Shown here piece by piece: positions 1-13,010 of a stretch of DNA of 64,000 nt. Under the pieces are notes generated by a model, which saw nothing but the letters and a program-made list of their open reading frames with translations, had not been told where the DNA came from and searched no databases. The stretch lies in NCBI RefSeq assembly GCF_001194135.2, contig NC_068981.1, forward strand, positions 137,235,431-137,299,430, written 5' to 3'. The stretch is from Octopus bimaculoides (taxonomy: Eukaryota). The stretch's first letter is position 1, and every line of letters starts with the position of its first letter. A program made the position numbers and the translations under genes.

Positions 1-44
1 GATTAACTAGTTCAATAATCCTTTCTATTATAGACACAAAGACA

Positions 45-215
45 GTAATTTGGCAGAAGCGGGTAGTCGAATCCAGTGCTCAACTGATATTTAATTATCG
101 ACTCCAAAAGGATAAAAGGCAAAAATCGACCTCGGCCGAATTCGATCTCAGAACGTAAATGACGGAAGAAATACAGTTAAACATTTTGCCCGGCGTGCGA
201 CCAATTCTCCTAGTA
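45..215 (-). mobile_element. SINE family B copy (window-internal label), decayed
   Basis: Matches other copies in the window (14321-14532, 38900-39085, 49760-49930), e.g. tcgactccaaaaggataaaaggcaaaaatcgacctcggccgaatt. B-box-like ttctgagatcgaattc lies on the minus strand. Confidence 0.75.
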
Positions 216-1329
216 ATAAAAATTAAGCCAGTTTTCGTGTCTTTGTTGACAAACTGACCCAAGGTATAACATCTGTTTCGACACCCGATTTAATCTAAAA
301 TTATTTTCTTGCTGACATTCAAGACATTTTAATTACATAAATCTCAATTGATTGCCTCCCCTGATTCTTCTAGGGACCTTTAGTGTTGATGAATGAATTC
401 ACTGAATTTCTACAGGAATTTAATGTCATTTCTAGAACTATATAAATGTAGTTTATAATGTGGTAATAATAGTAATGCAGAAATACTGCAGTTGATGTTA
501 TAGATTCTTGAAACACCAGTGATCTAAAAGACTTGTGGGGAGTCAATGTCTGTACTATAGAGATACCACAGTATCACGATCAACATCATTATAATCTAGG
601 TGAAAATAGTGAAGTGCCATTGAATGAGTCCTTAATACCCAAAACGAAAATATCATAGAACGAAAAACTAGCATGTCTCTTTTTTAATTTCTGAAGTTAT
701 CGAAAAAAAAACTTCCATGCTTTCAACGTATTGATATTTTGAAGGGATTTAGTAAATAAATATGCTACTTTTGCTGTGTATGTGTGTATTATTCTAGTGT
801 AGGATATCTTCAGGTTTTTATGGGATTTTGTTTCCAACTCCCAGATAAATTTTAAGCTATTCGGAACCCATTATTCCTTTGTTTCCACGCATACTGGGAC
901 TACGTGGTATTTTCCTTGCTTAATCTGTAATAACTTTACTAATTTAACATTTTCTGCATTCTTTGCTTGCCTTCTCAAGAATAAAACAGATGGGCAGGGT
1001 ATAGTTATTTAAACTTAAATATGAATGTATAAAAAGTACGACCGGTGCGCTGGAGTATAAAAATGGTTGTTCTTCGACATTTGTCTTTAAAACAGTATAG
1101 TCGTCATTTTTACATGTTAAATATGGAATATTCATTTTCTAAATTATATTTAATTATCAATCTCAAAATATCCAGTTGAATTATTGCCACAGAAAGAAAT
1201 TAAATGTTTATGTACACACACACACACAAGAGGACAAAAATATGGCATTTTACTTTTATACAAACTTTATATATCTTTAATAAGATTTGATAGAAATGTA
1301 AAAGATGGTGCATTTGTATAATTGCAAGG

Positions 1330-1370
<41 letters not shown>

Positions 1371-1394
1371 GAGAATATACAAATAATAACAACA

Positions 1395-1548
1395 GACGAG
1401 GACAGGTGGTGTAAATAACAAAAGGATATATTAGTATGACGCTCGGGAATACGGAAAGCCTTTGACGTTTCGAGCTACGCTCTTCAACAGAAAGAATACG
1501 GAGACAAGGAGAAAAACACGGAGAAAAAAAATTGAATAGTGTTCAGTC
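1395..1548 (-). mobile_element. Penelope-like element terminal remnant
   Basis: Contains the CTGnTGAA-hairpin-GAAACGTC motif typical of Penelope-like element termini and sits next to a (TA)n tract. Confidence 0.55.
1460..1494 (-). ncRNA. Minimal type I hammerhead ribozyme-like motif
   Basis: Minus strand reads cttt-CTGTTGA-A-GAGC-gta-GCTC-GAAAC-GTC-aaag. Stem I is cttt/aaag, stem II is GAGC/GCTC, stem III is a palindromic ACGT, and the cleavage triplet is GUC. The core has an A6U change. Confidence 0.6.
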
Positions 1549-2449
1549 ACACATAAATCTTCATACTCACAGAAAGAGTACCCATCTTTAAAAAATAAAG
1601 ATAGTAGTTTATATTAGTTAATTCGTTTTTTTGTAAAATCGTTGCCAAAAGTTTAAGGTCAGGTTGTCACAAACAATATTCTCAAGTACCCCACCTCCCC
1701 AAATAATAATGATAAAAAAAGGGGAAATTATATAAATTTACTTATTAATGACTTAATGGTCTTAATTTATATAATGAAAAAAGTTTCCATTTGGAAACTT
1801 CAGAGTAACATTATCACCGTATAAAACATCCATAGATTTTATAAAGGAGAGAAGAGTGGGCAAAGAAGAATGACAAAACGAACAAAGGACAACGAAAGTA
1901 AGGAAGAAGACGATGACGGTAGTGATGAGGAAAAATATTAAATGGTAGTATGTTATTCTTTTTTAGAATATTTCCTTCATCTTTGCAATTTATGTGTTTA
2001 TAATCATTATCAAAACAACGTTATCATAGAGTCAAAACAAATTTAGAACTTAATAAGTGATGGGGACATGGAGACAGGGAGCATCTACACCGGAAAACGA
2101 CCTACTAGAAACAGCAGTAACGTTCCCTTCAAATCATTCCTAACTGTAATTTAAAAAAACCCCAAAACAGGAAGGATACATTGTATACACTACACCTGAA
2201 AAATATCAAAATATAGGATGGGCACGACTGAAACATATTTGTTCGTAGATCCACTCGATTACAACTGTTATGGGGCTAACGAATAAAAGATTTTGAATAT
2301 TCCTCCACTGAGTATTTCTATAATTCATAATTAGATATTTTACACATCTTATTCTTTCTATTGCATTATAAGAAGTCTTGAACATCAAGTCAAATTATCG
2401 CAGCTTGTAATATGAACCATTATAAATTTGTCAGCCACTCAAGCAATTG

Positions 2450-2690
2450 TAAGTTTGGCACTTGATATTCGCCGTTGTAAGCCAATAAAGGGGCCCTTAT
2501 GTGGTCACTTGATCTGCCAAATAAAATGCAGCCAAAACCCCTTAACTCACGCCTTACTATCTTAAAACTGAGTAAGGGTAGTCTTGAATTTACAGACATG
2601 GTAGAAAAAAAAAGTGACGAGATAGTGGCAGTCGAAATGCATTGTGCTCGATCAGAGCTGACTTGGGGTTAAACAACAACAACAACCACC
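2450..2690 (+). mobile_element. SINE-like family E with (AAC)n tail
   Basis: Shares ctgctagaaatagcagccaaat...gatcagagctgacttggggttaaacaacaac with partial copies near 3600, 8930, 10740, 12090, 12600, 13690, 38320, 38510 and 58470 (reverse). Confidence 0.7.
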
Positions 2691-3744
2691 ATTGTTTTGA
2701 GGCTTCTATAGAATTATGAAAAGAAATAATACACGGTTTTGTTTCTCTTGCTTTGACCTCTTCATAAGCTATTGAAATTTTCCTTGAACTTAAAAATAGT
2801 TACTAAAAATAGGAAAAAATGAAAAAGAAAAGACAAAAGTAAAACTTGTCAAAAAAAACAAAATCAGTTTTAAGGATTTCTTTGTAGACTACGAACAACA
2901 TATTGTCTATGAAGGTTGGTTCAATTTCTTCATAAAAGAATTTAAAACCATATAAATTAAATCTTTCACATTCGGGTTTAGAAGAATGTTAAATCAAAAA
3001 TAACCCCACTTACCATCTACCTTTCTAAGACAGAACATCAAGCCAAACACCATGTTACTATATTCTACTTCTCTACTAATTCAGTCACTTCAAATATATT
3101 TCATAAGAATTATATATAAATATATGAAAATAATTTTCTATTATGTCTTTATGAGAAACATTCAACATCATCCCTTTCATTGTTACCTTGTGCTGTATGC
3201 TATGTAATACACTGAATATATTTCCCTGGCATCCATGCATCATATGACATACATCCCTACTCTTTTTTTTTTTTCTCAACCACCAGAATAACTTGGCACT
3301 TATGAAAGGAAAGCATATATACTTAGTATAAAACAAGACCTAACTAAAATTCTAAAAAAAAAAAAAAAAGCATGGATGTTTAGGATAAGCTTATGAAACT
3401 GCTTTGGACAGGCAAAGGGTCAATGTCCATTTTTCTATTATGAGTTGGGCTTCATATAACCGGAGCTCAGTACATCTCCATTCCACTTGGTTCTGTCGTA
3501 TAATTTCTGAAGTTCAGCATCTTGAGATCTAACCTCATCACTCTCTCAGTACACACCAGTTTCCCCACTCACTTTCAGAAAGTGTTGTCCAGGTCAACAA
3601 AGAGGCCCTCTATGTGGTTGCTCAACCTGCTAAAAAAAAAAAGTAACCAAATTCCACCTCAAATTACATCTACAGGATAAAAAAATGGATACATTCGATA
3701 ATTAGGAAGGATACATTAGATAATTCAATCATGTGATCCTAGAG

Positions 3745-4193
3745 CAGTGATTCTTAAACATTTTTTTGCAAACCCAACCCTTTATGAAGTTGTTATGCCA
3801 AGCAGCCACCTAAATGTTAAGTGCAGTATCATGACTGAACTAACTAAACATAACATAATTAACATAATTTATAAATTTTACTCTAAAACTGGATAGTATA
3901 AGCTTTTAACAGTGAAATGATAAAAGACTGATAAAGACTAAAGTTGTTAATTTACTTTATAGATTGCAAGTTAATGACTTCCCTGTGCCTGATGAGATCT
4001 CATTTTATTTTAATGATCATTAAAAATATACATGATAAAAGTAATCGTTTTATCATGTATGGTGTAATTACTACTATAGGTAAAATTTAGTATGTTGTTA
4101 CCTCACAACTCCCTAAAGACTAACATCCCCTTTAACATGCCCAGTACCCCCTTGGGGTGGTGGTGGTGGTACTACCCATGCTGAGAACCTTTG
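3745..4193. mobile_element. Possible hAT-like MITE remnant
   Basis: Imperfect termini cagtgattcttaa ... tgagaacctttg resemble CAGTGGTTCTCAA-type hAT MITE ends. No clean 8-bp TSD. Confidence 0.35.
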
Positions 4194-4389
4194 TCCTCAA
4201 TTAAATACAGGATGGCCATAAATGAAACAGTAGTGTAACTGGGTGAGGGCAGGGCAACGCTTTAATGAAAGCAGCACTTTTGGGTCTGCTGTATAAGCTT
4301 AGGGTTCGAGGGAAAGGGGAAGCAAACTCAAGGGGTTGTTCCAAGCAGCATCCATTTCAGCTACACAACTGAGCTTAAATACTTTTAAT

Positions 4390-4773
4390 TGTTGTTGGCA
4401 CTCCGTCGCTTACGACGTCGAGGGTTCCAGTTGATCCGATCAACAGAACAGCCTGCTCGTGAAATTAACGTGCAATTGGCTGAGCATTTCACAGACACGT
4501 GTATCCTTAACGTAGTTCTCGGGGATATTCAGCGTGACACAGTGTGACAAGGCTGACCCTTTGAAATACAGGCACAACAGAAACAGGAAGTAAGAGTGAG
4601 AGAAAGTTGGGGCGAAAGAGTACAGCAGGGGTTGCCACCATCCCCTGCCGGAGCCTCCTGGAGCTTTAGGTGTTTTCGCTCAATAAACACTACAACGCCC
4701 GGTCTGGGAATCGAAACCGCGATCCTATGACCGCGAGTCCGCTGCCCTAACCACTGGGCCATTGCGCCTCCAC
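4390..4773 (-). mobile_element. Full-length young tRNA-derived SINE (family C)
   Basis: Minus-strand head gtggaggcgcaatggcccagtggttagggcagcggactcgcggtcataggatcgcggtttcgattccc has A-box and B-box. Perfect 12-bp TSD aatacttttaat at 4378-4389 and 4774-4785. A second copy is at 57445-57706. Confidence 0.9.
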
Positions 4774-4984
4774 AATACTTTTAATAACGTCTACTAAATT
4801 AGGGTTGACCTGGGGTAAGACAACTGCCAGTAACAACACTTCTCTTGCACATGTAACTGAAAGCAGTAAACTGGTAGAGTTGTTAGAGTGTTGGCTAGAC
4901 TAACTCACAGTATTTGTTCTAACTCTTTGCTCTGAACTAAAATCCCAGCAAGATCAAGTTTGCCTTTCATTCGTTCAGGGTCAA

Positions 4985-5023
<39 letters not shown>

Positions 5024-6764
5024 AAAGTACTAAGCCAGGATGGTTGATTGACATAACTGTTAGATGATTGGGCAAGATGCCTCATGGTATCTCTTCTGGC
5101 TCCTTGTGTTCTGATCACAATGCCAAGAATGACACTAGTGCTAAGCTCTATCATCAGTCCAAGGTAGTAGACCTTCCCTCAGATAAACATCACTGATATG
5201 AAGAGGGGAGACTTTCATGGCCAATAGCTGGTCTTCCTCAAAAACAATTTATGCATGATCAACACTAACTGAAGGATACTCTGTATGTTTCTGATATCTA
5301 TAATATCTAGCTGCTTTCTCAAGTAACATTCTTGCAAACTGACACTTTACATAATCAACTGAACATACTGTTCTACTTCTCAATAAATTTTAACATATTC
5401 AATACCCAAGTCTCACATGCAGCATCATGCTCCATACACATGCCTTTTATGGCATAACGAAAAAAGCCCTATGTTGCCGACAAAAGCAACAATTCCTTTA
5501 ACTTCTCTTCCTTTCTTACTCCCCCTGGTAACTATGCTTTCTCTACATACATGTCAGCACAAAATATGTCACCTAGATAATTATTTGGGTGACATAAATT
5601 ATGCTAGGATAATGCTGATAAATCAAAACTATCAATGACGTCTAGTGAGCCATGTGAACAATACATGGACTTTATTTCTTAAGTGCTCTTTGTTGTCAAC
5701 TACTCTGTCTGGTGAATCTCAAGTCTAGGATCTCATGCTGTCTGTCTGCCAGAGATATGATAGTAACTTTTGTTTATTCACTGTTTGCACTAAGTACACA
5801 GGTTTGTGTTTCTAGCTGTTTCTCTTTATATATATATCAAACATATATATATATATATATATATCAAACATATATCAAAACGTCTATTTTGTTACTAATA
5901 GGAAATTTGTACTCTAGAACATTCTTCCAGGTTTGGAACTTTTCTAGTAATATTTTAACTTATTCTGCAATAGGGTTCATCTGTCTATAAAAGTTCCAAG
6001 GCATCACAGAGCTCACCACCTAAACTCACTTTGCTTACAACATCCTCATACAAGGCTTCAATGATTCATGGGCCATTCATTTTTTTCTTAGCTTTCTCAG
6101 CACCCATGATATAACAACATGTGGAACTCTGTCAAATAGCCTTGGCTTAGAATATCTGTTATATTTCTTGCAACATTCAAGAAATTTAGCATCTATGGTT
6201 GCATGTGACAAACCTAAAACAACAATTTTATCTAAGATATTCTACGCTCACTTTGCTTGAATTCTCTCACCTACTTTTAAGACTTAGCCCACCAGTTTTT
6301 TTTTTTAGCCTCTGTAGTTACCCAGTTTCAGTGCATAGCTCCTGCTCTGATGTAGTAAAGCAAACAACTGTACACAAATTACAACAAAAGTATAACTGAA
6401 AATGTCACAATGACCCAGTATGATATCATTATGGAGGAATAAAATATAGAAAATGAATGGGTAATTTAATTTCTCTGCGTTAGTAAATGTTTTCTACTCT
6501 GAAAATAGCCTTATTGCAAGTCCTACTTCATAAATATATTGAATAAAAGTGAAATAAGAACATTGTAGGTTGCTTGAAGCATTGTGGTAATGAAGTAAAA
6601 AAAAAACAAAATAGTGAAGATGGAGAGCTTCTTACAACACAGACAAGAAAAAAATTAATAACTCTTATGTATTTCAGACACAAAAGGTCTTTAACCAGTA
6701 CTGTTTAGGCAAACATTTCTTGGCTTTCACTTCTCCTGATGGGCCTTTGGGTCTGAAATACATT

Positions 6765-7320
6765 ATCATCATCATCATCATCATCATTTAACGTCTGTTG
6801 TCCATGCTGGCATGGGTTGGACGGATTGACTGGGCTGGCATGATGGAAGGTTGCACCAGGCTCCAGTCTGATTTGGCATGGTTTTCTATGGCTGGATGCC
6901 CTTCCCAACACCAACCACTCCAATGCTTTTAATGGGTGCTTTTATGTGCCGCCAGCACAGGTGCCATTTATGTGACACCAGTATCTGCCATGACTGCAAT
7001 TTTGCTCAGCTTGATGGGTTTTCTCAAGCCTGACATAATGCCAAAGGTCTTGGCCATTGGCAACACTTGAAAGGAGCTTGGCCACTTTGCCTCCACGAGG
7101 CCCAATGCTCGAAAGGAACTCAGACACCTCACCTCTATGAAGCCTGCTTGAAAGGAACTCGGCCACCTCACCTCCATGAGGGCCAACACTTGAAAGGAAC
7201 TCAGCTCCTTTGCCTCCATGAGGCTCAATGCTTGAAAGGAATTCAGTCACTTTGCCTACATCAGGTCCAACACTTGAAAGGTACTCAACCACTTTACGTC
7301 TGTGAGGCCCGACAGGGCAT
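6765..7320. mobile_element. Retroposon family D copy starting at a (CAT)n tract
   Basis: catcatcatttaacgtc...ccatgctggcatgggttggacgg...ggatgcccttcc is shared with 11855-12060, 17400-18045, 18430-18650, 9615-9790 (reverse) and 19620-19800 (reverse). Confidence 0.75.
7066..7314. repeat. 42-bp minisatellite, about 6 units
   Basis: Units beginning cttgaaagg/ctcgaaagg start at 7066, 7108, 7147, 7189, 7231 and 7273 (spacing 42, 39, 42, 42, 42). Confidence 0.9.
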
Positions 7321-7420
7321 ATTTAGAAACTACTCTGGTAAATTATATATAAGCATTTGTACAAACAGAAAAATCCAGAAAAATATTGGTGATGATGGTC
7401 CAATAAAATCTGTTATAATA

Positions 7421-7604
7421 GTGATTTCAAATTTTGGCACAAGGCCAGCAGTTTTGGGGAAGGAGTTAAGTTGATTACATTGTCCCCAGTGCTCAACTGG
7501 TACTTACTTTATTAAGCCAAAAAGGATGAACAGCAAAGTCAAACTCAGCAAAATTTGAAATCATTTTACTTGGCATGCTAACAATTCTGCCAGCTCGCTG
7601 CCTT
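7421..7604 (-). mobile_element. SINE family B copy, old
   Basis: Homologous to 14321-14532. Flanked by a decayed TSD aaaatctgttataata (7405-7420) / aaaatttgttagaata (7605-7620). Confidence 0.75.
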
Positions 7605-8114
7605 AAAATTTGTTAGAATATCAAGGACTAGATATGTCTGTCACACACAACTGAAATTAAAGAATTGATTTTATTGATCTAATCATTCTATTTGTCAACC
7701 CAGTGACCAGTCTCTCTGCCTCTTGATAAAATTGGCTGTAATCTGGAGAAGGATGGACTCCCTTAGATTCAGATTCCCAAGACATACCATACGTCATGGC
7801 CAAGCCCCAGATGTCCACTGGCCTATAAAGATTAATTTAATCAGTTGTAGTGGGGACCACTTCTTTGGTACAGCAAGCAGGCATGGAATTGTGTATATAA
7901 TGTTGTATATAGATATAAAGATAAAATGAAGCAATTTATTAACAATTTTTCTTTTAGTTATGCCTTTTTTGACTCTACAACTATGTTTTGATTTTTGTAA
8001 AACTATGGGCCATATACTAGTATATGTAACATAAATACTATTCAAAATAATAAAAATGCCAAATAATTCTCAAAGATGCACAAGCACTTTCACACATGTG
8101 CGTACACACACGCA

Positions 8115-8275
8115 ATGAACTTTTAGTTTTTGTCTACCAAATCCACTCACAAAGCTTTGGTCAGCCTTAAGCTGTAGTAGAGGACACCCACCCAAAGTGT
8201 TGCAGAGTGGGACTGAACTTTAAACCACATGGGCAGGAAGCAAACTTCTTAACCACACAGCCATGCCTGCACCTA
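8115..8275 (-). mobile_element. SINE family A 5' portion, CpG-decayed
   Basis: Homologous to 14040-14190 with CpG-to-TpG/CpA changes (gtcggcccga becomes gtcagcctta). Confidence 0.75.
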
Positions 8276-9384
8276 GTAATAAATGTACATTCAATAACAA
8301 TACCAACACTAATACACTATAATCAAAACAATGGCATGACAGTGAAGTCTCACAGCTAATCTCATTCAAAAAGATTTTTCTCCCTAATACTGCTTGTCAT
8401 TTTGATATTTCTTTTATAGTCTACAATTACACACACACACACACACATATATATCATTAACAGTACACATATGCTTATCATCATTTTTATTAATTGTATT
8501 TGTATTTTCTTTTATTTAAAAATGATATCTTTTGTTTCCATCTTGAAGTAATACTAATCCATTTAGTTGCAAAATTCTTTCAATATTGTATGATATATAT
8601 ATAATATCACTGTTTTAATGTCTGCTTGTCCATACTTTTATGGGTTGGACAGAATTTGCTAAAGCAAATTTTAAAATCTACAAAGGACAAGAATAATGTT
8701 CACTCTCTTTATGCCATTTATCAAAAATTTGGAAGATGAGGTTCAAAAGAACTAAAACCTAAAAAAACTTTGATGATAAATCTACATATTAAGAATGAAA
8801 ATCAAAAATGAAATAAACTCAGAAATTAAGATCCCATAAATCTGAATTGGGTTGAATAAAATGCAACTGGATAAACTGTACGTTCAGGATATTGTTACTT
8901 CAGTTGACATAGAGGGGGATTATGAATGTAGTCATTCAACCTGCTAGAGACAGTAACCAAATGTCCATCAAATCACCCTGAACCATCTTAAAAAGGAAGG
9001 ACATTGGATTGAGTAATTCCTGGAAATTGTCATGTCCAGAATACCTTTGACCAATCATAGATCTGGGATTAAAAAACAAACAAGAAAAGGTTTCTCTTTC
9101 TCTCCATTCAAAAGACAGACAGTGGAATACAAGGGAGGCAATTGAATGTCAAAAGTTCTCATGATGTTGTAAAAAAATGAGGTAAGGATTGTGTATTAGA
9201 TGCTAAATATCCCACTTGCATTAAAAGCAAAATACAAAATGGGCTGCAAAACTGGTTGTACATCAATGAATCAATTGAAGTATCCAGGAGAGACAATTGG
9301 GCCAACATAGATATTTGATGTAAATGTAAAAAGGTGGTGAGGTCAGAAGTAGCATTTTCAGTATAGACTTAAATATGATACAGG

Positions 9385-9545
9385 CATTGCTGTGTGGTTA
9401 AGAAGTTTACTTCTCAGCAATGTGGTTTTGGGTTCAGTCCTACTGTGTGACACCTTGGGCAAGAGTTATTATACTAGACCCCTCAGCAGACCAAAGCCCT
9501 GAGAGTGGATTTGATAGATGGAAACTGAAAGAACTCCACTGAATG
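9385..9545 (+). mobile_element. SINE family A 5' portion
   Basis: gctgtgtggttaagaag...gggttcagtcctactgtgtgacaccttgggcaag...gagtggatttgatagatggaaactgaaag. Confidence 0.75.
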
Positions 9546-10124
9546 TGTGTGTGCGTAACTGTGTCTAGACATCATGTAATGATTGTAAACAAACATTATT
9601 ATCATACATGTGAGGTTGTTCATTTCCACTTGCCTGTGAAAAAAGATATCTGGCTATGAGAAAGTATTATCTTGCTTGGAAACAGATGAGGAGTTTCTGA
9701 CAGGAAGGGCTTCCAACCAGAGAAAATCTGTCTCAACAAATTCAGTCTGACCCATGCAAGCATGGAAAAGTGGACATTAAACTGTTTTGAATAGACATAT
9801 CTCAGAATACTGAGTCCTGCTGTCACTCCACCCTCTCTCACCAATACCATTCATGCTTCTCACTCTACAAAGAAGCTAGTGAGCAAACAGAGATATGAGG
9901 TCGTAGGGTTCCTTCAGAAGTATTCATGTCTCTTGAGAATATGACTACCTCTCTATGGTTGATACCATAATAAAATGCACCCAGTACACTCTTTAAAGTG
10001 ATTGATGATAGGAAGGGTATCTAGATTTAGAAACATAACCAAAAATGAATGTAGGTAAGATGAAGTCCCCTGACCTGTCTAGGTGAGTAGTACCCCACTG
10101 TGTGTGTGTGCTCAGGTCTTCTGA

Positions 10125-10430
10125 GTGAAGATTGCATAGCTTAGTAGTTAGAATAGTTGGCACATAATCATAAGGCCATGAGTGCAATTCCCAGTGGCAC
10201 ATTGTGTCCTTGAACAAGGCACTTTATTTCCTGTTGCTCCAGTCCACTCAGCTGACAGAAATGAGTATATTACTAGTATTTCGAAGGGCCAGCCTTGTTA
10301 CATTCTGTATGACACTGAATCTCCCTGAGAAGTACGTTAAGTGTCTGTGGAGTGCTTAACCACTTGCTCGTTAATTTTATGACCTGATCAACTGAAACCC
10401 CTTGACGTCATAACCAAAGGAGTGCCAGTT
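10125..10430 (+). mobile_element. SINE family C-related copy, decayed
   Basis: gtgtccttgaacaaggcactttatttcctgttgctccagtccactcagctg...gaatctccctgagaagtacgttaag matches the reverse complement of the 4390-4773 body. Confidence 0.65.
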
Positions 10431-13010
10431 CATGTCTTCTTGTCTCGACATCACGTAATAATTGCAAACAAATACCTCAGTCATACAAGCTGTGTCACTT
10501 GTTTGCTGTCCTCTATGAAAACATATCTAGCCACTGAGCTGTTTATGTTCAAGGGTTGACAACAGGAAGTGCATTCAATCACAGAAAACCTAGAACAAAA
10601 TTTACCAGACTCATGCAAGAAATGAAGAAAATGGATACTAAGACAGTGATGATGATAATCATTCATTGCATCACAGAAATATTTATAGATTTATAGATAT
10701 AAGAAATGGTGACAGGTTGCTAGTCAACACAAGTAATGTCTGAGTACCTCTATATGGTTCACTTGATCTGCTAAAAATAGCAGTTTCATTTTTCTCAAAT
10801 CTCGCTCTACTGTTGTAAAACTGAGACATGATGGCCACAGTTGGAATACTTTTGATTATACATCTGTTGGAACATGACTGATAGGGAGCTGAACAACAAC
10901 AACAACAAATCCTGAAAACACAAGATATGTGAAGGATGGTGTCAGCTCAACCAGGAATACATATACTTTTGTTAGCCATGAGTGTATGCATGTCTGCATA
11001 TGTATGATTGGATGACTATGCATTTAGAAATGTATACACACACACACATTTATGCAAACATACATTAATATTTACATAAATTTATATCCACAAGCGATAC
11101 ATAATACATTAGATAAGTTTCAGTTAATTGTAGTGTAAGCTACATCTGTTTTAAAAGCCCAACCATGCTAATAAGCATTAAATATTAATTTCAAATTATT
11201 CTAGACTATTGTTCTACAAGTATGGCATTTATAGTTATTTGGGTGTGGCCGTATTGTACAAAGGAATGTGTTCAAATCGGTGCAATCTGGGTACGGTCCA
11301 TATCAGTATAGTTTGCATATACCCAAAAAGCATAATACAAACAAAAGCAAGAGGGAATAAAAAAAAAGACAAGTGGCAGTTCAAAGTCAATGCATTATCC
11401 TGTGAAGTAGAGGAAGAGATATTGATGTTTAGGGCATTTGTCCTTCGTTAAAAGAGGTGGAAGAAGAGAAGAAAAAAATAGAGAATGAAAGGCAGAAAAA
11501 AAAAAAAAATTATGCATATAGTTATGAAAGAAGTGTAGTAACTGATGGTGACTAGGAAACAGAGATATGGTTATACTTCCTTGAAATCACATTCTACTGT
11601 TTCAGAAAAGCCTGGACATAAGATAATACTGTCCTATAGTTTAAAAAAACAGGGGTATGATTGGAGCATTTCAGGACTTATGTTTGCTCAGACAGTGCAG
11701 ACTTGGACTTAAACAATGACTAGATTATTTGACATACAACATGCTGACTAATGCTTAAATACTCATTTGTTAATGTATCAAACGGAGAAATTGCTTATTC
11801 TATTTTAACCAATAAAAATATGCACACAATATATGTAATGATGAGAAATATATCATCATCATCATCATCATTTAATTTCTGTTTTACAAGCTGGCATGGG
11901 TTGGATGGTTTGACAGGAGCTGGCAAGTTAGAAGGCTGCAACAGGCTCCAGCCGTCTGCTTTGGCATGGTTTCTATGGCTGAATGCCCTTCCTAATGCCA
12001 ACCGCTTTACAAAGTATACTGGGTGCTCTTTATCTGGCACCAGCACAGGTGCTGTGGCATATAATAATGAAGCCACTGCACAGTCACTTCTAGAAATAGC
12101 AGCCAAATCATCCTTAATATAATATTTTTAAACAGAACACATTGGATGTTGTAATTCTAGATAAACTGTCTGAAAAAAAAAAAAAAAAGACCAGATGCAA
12201 GGCTGGAGTGTCTTTGATCACAGGTCTGCTCAATCAGAGCTGACCTGAGGTTAAACAACAACCTAAAGATATTTAATTATTTGGTTTAATAGCAGCACCA
12301 ACCAGTACAACATATCAAAATATCATTTAAGTTTCTTTTTATTCTTCTAGTAATTCATGGAAAGAACAATCTCTTGCAGAATTATTTTTGAACATGTTCA
12401 GGTCAAGAACAAGGTTGCAGGAAACTCTCTTAAGAATCACTTCACTATTCCTGTTTTTCTTTGTAGTAATGTTCTCCTTGTAATATGCATTCAGTGCAGA
12501 ACTGAACAGTTTTGGTTGACTGAGTAAGTTTCAAATCGAATATTTCTGAAGTATAGTGACAGCTATAAATATACTGTGGAGGAAGCATTTACAATGCTGT
12601 TCAACCGACTATAGATAGCAGTCAAATGTCCTTCAAATTAACACTACCAATTTAAAAAGAGAAAGGCCTATTATATATAGTCACAGATAGATAATGCCTA
12701 AAAAAGAAAGGTCGTAGTTTCAGTGTACTTGATCTTAGGTCTACGAAAGCTGATTTGAGGTTAGACAGCAACATCAACGTTCTTAGTTGTTCGATGATTT
12801 GACCAATTAACTGAGCAAGATTTCATGTTACTCTCTCAAGAGATATTTTACTTACTAACTCTGAAAATGATAAACCAGGCTGTATATGAAATTGTTAAAG
12901 GTGCAGTGAAACAATATAAAACAATATATTATGAAATCTTTGTAGTACATCAATAAATTACCAATCCTCGTTTTGTTAAGCAGAAATAAATGATATTGAA
13001 CACTTATTCT

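Noticed and set aside
4700-4773. tRNA-like sequences (also 23262-23340, 31900-31965, 61855-61890)
   Set aside because: These are SINE heads or B-box fragments with no complete cloverleaf, so they were not called as tRNA genes.
5440-5560. Minus-strand GREVK peptide echoing the human TIGAR C-terminus
   Set aside because: A five-residue match in a short stop-bounded frame, with no flanking similarity or acceptor.
6942-7474. Overlapping ORFs with 14-aa repeats
   Set aside because: Explained by the 42-bp minisatellite inside a retroposon. Kept only as a repeat finding.
7723-7929. Plus-strand ORF containing IRHGQ (histidine-phosphatase-like RHG)
   Set aside because: No hydrophobic strand before RHG, no other phosphatase motifs, and the wrong strand for the TIGAR-like exon.
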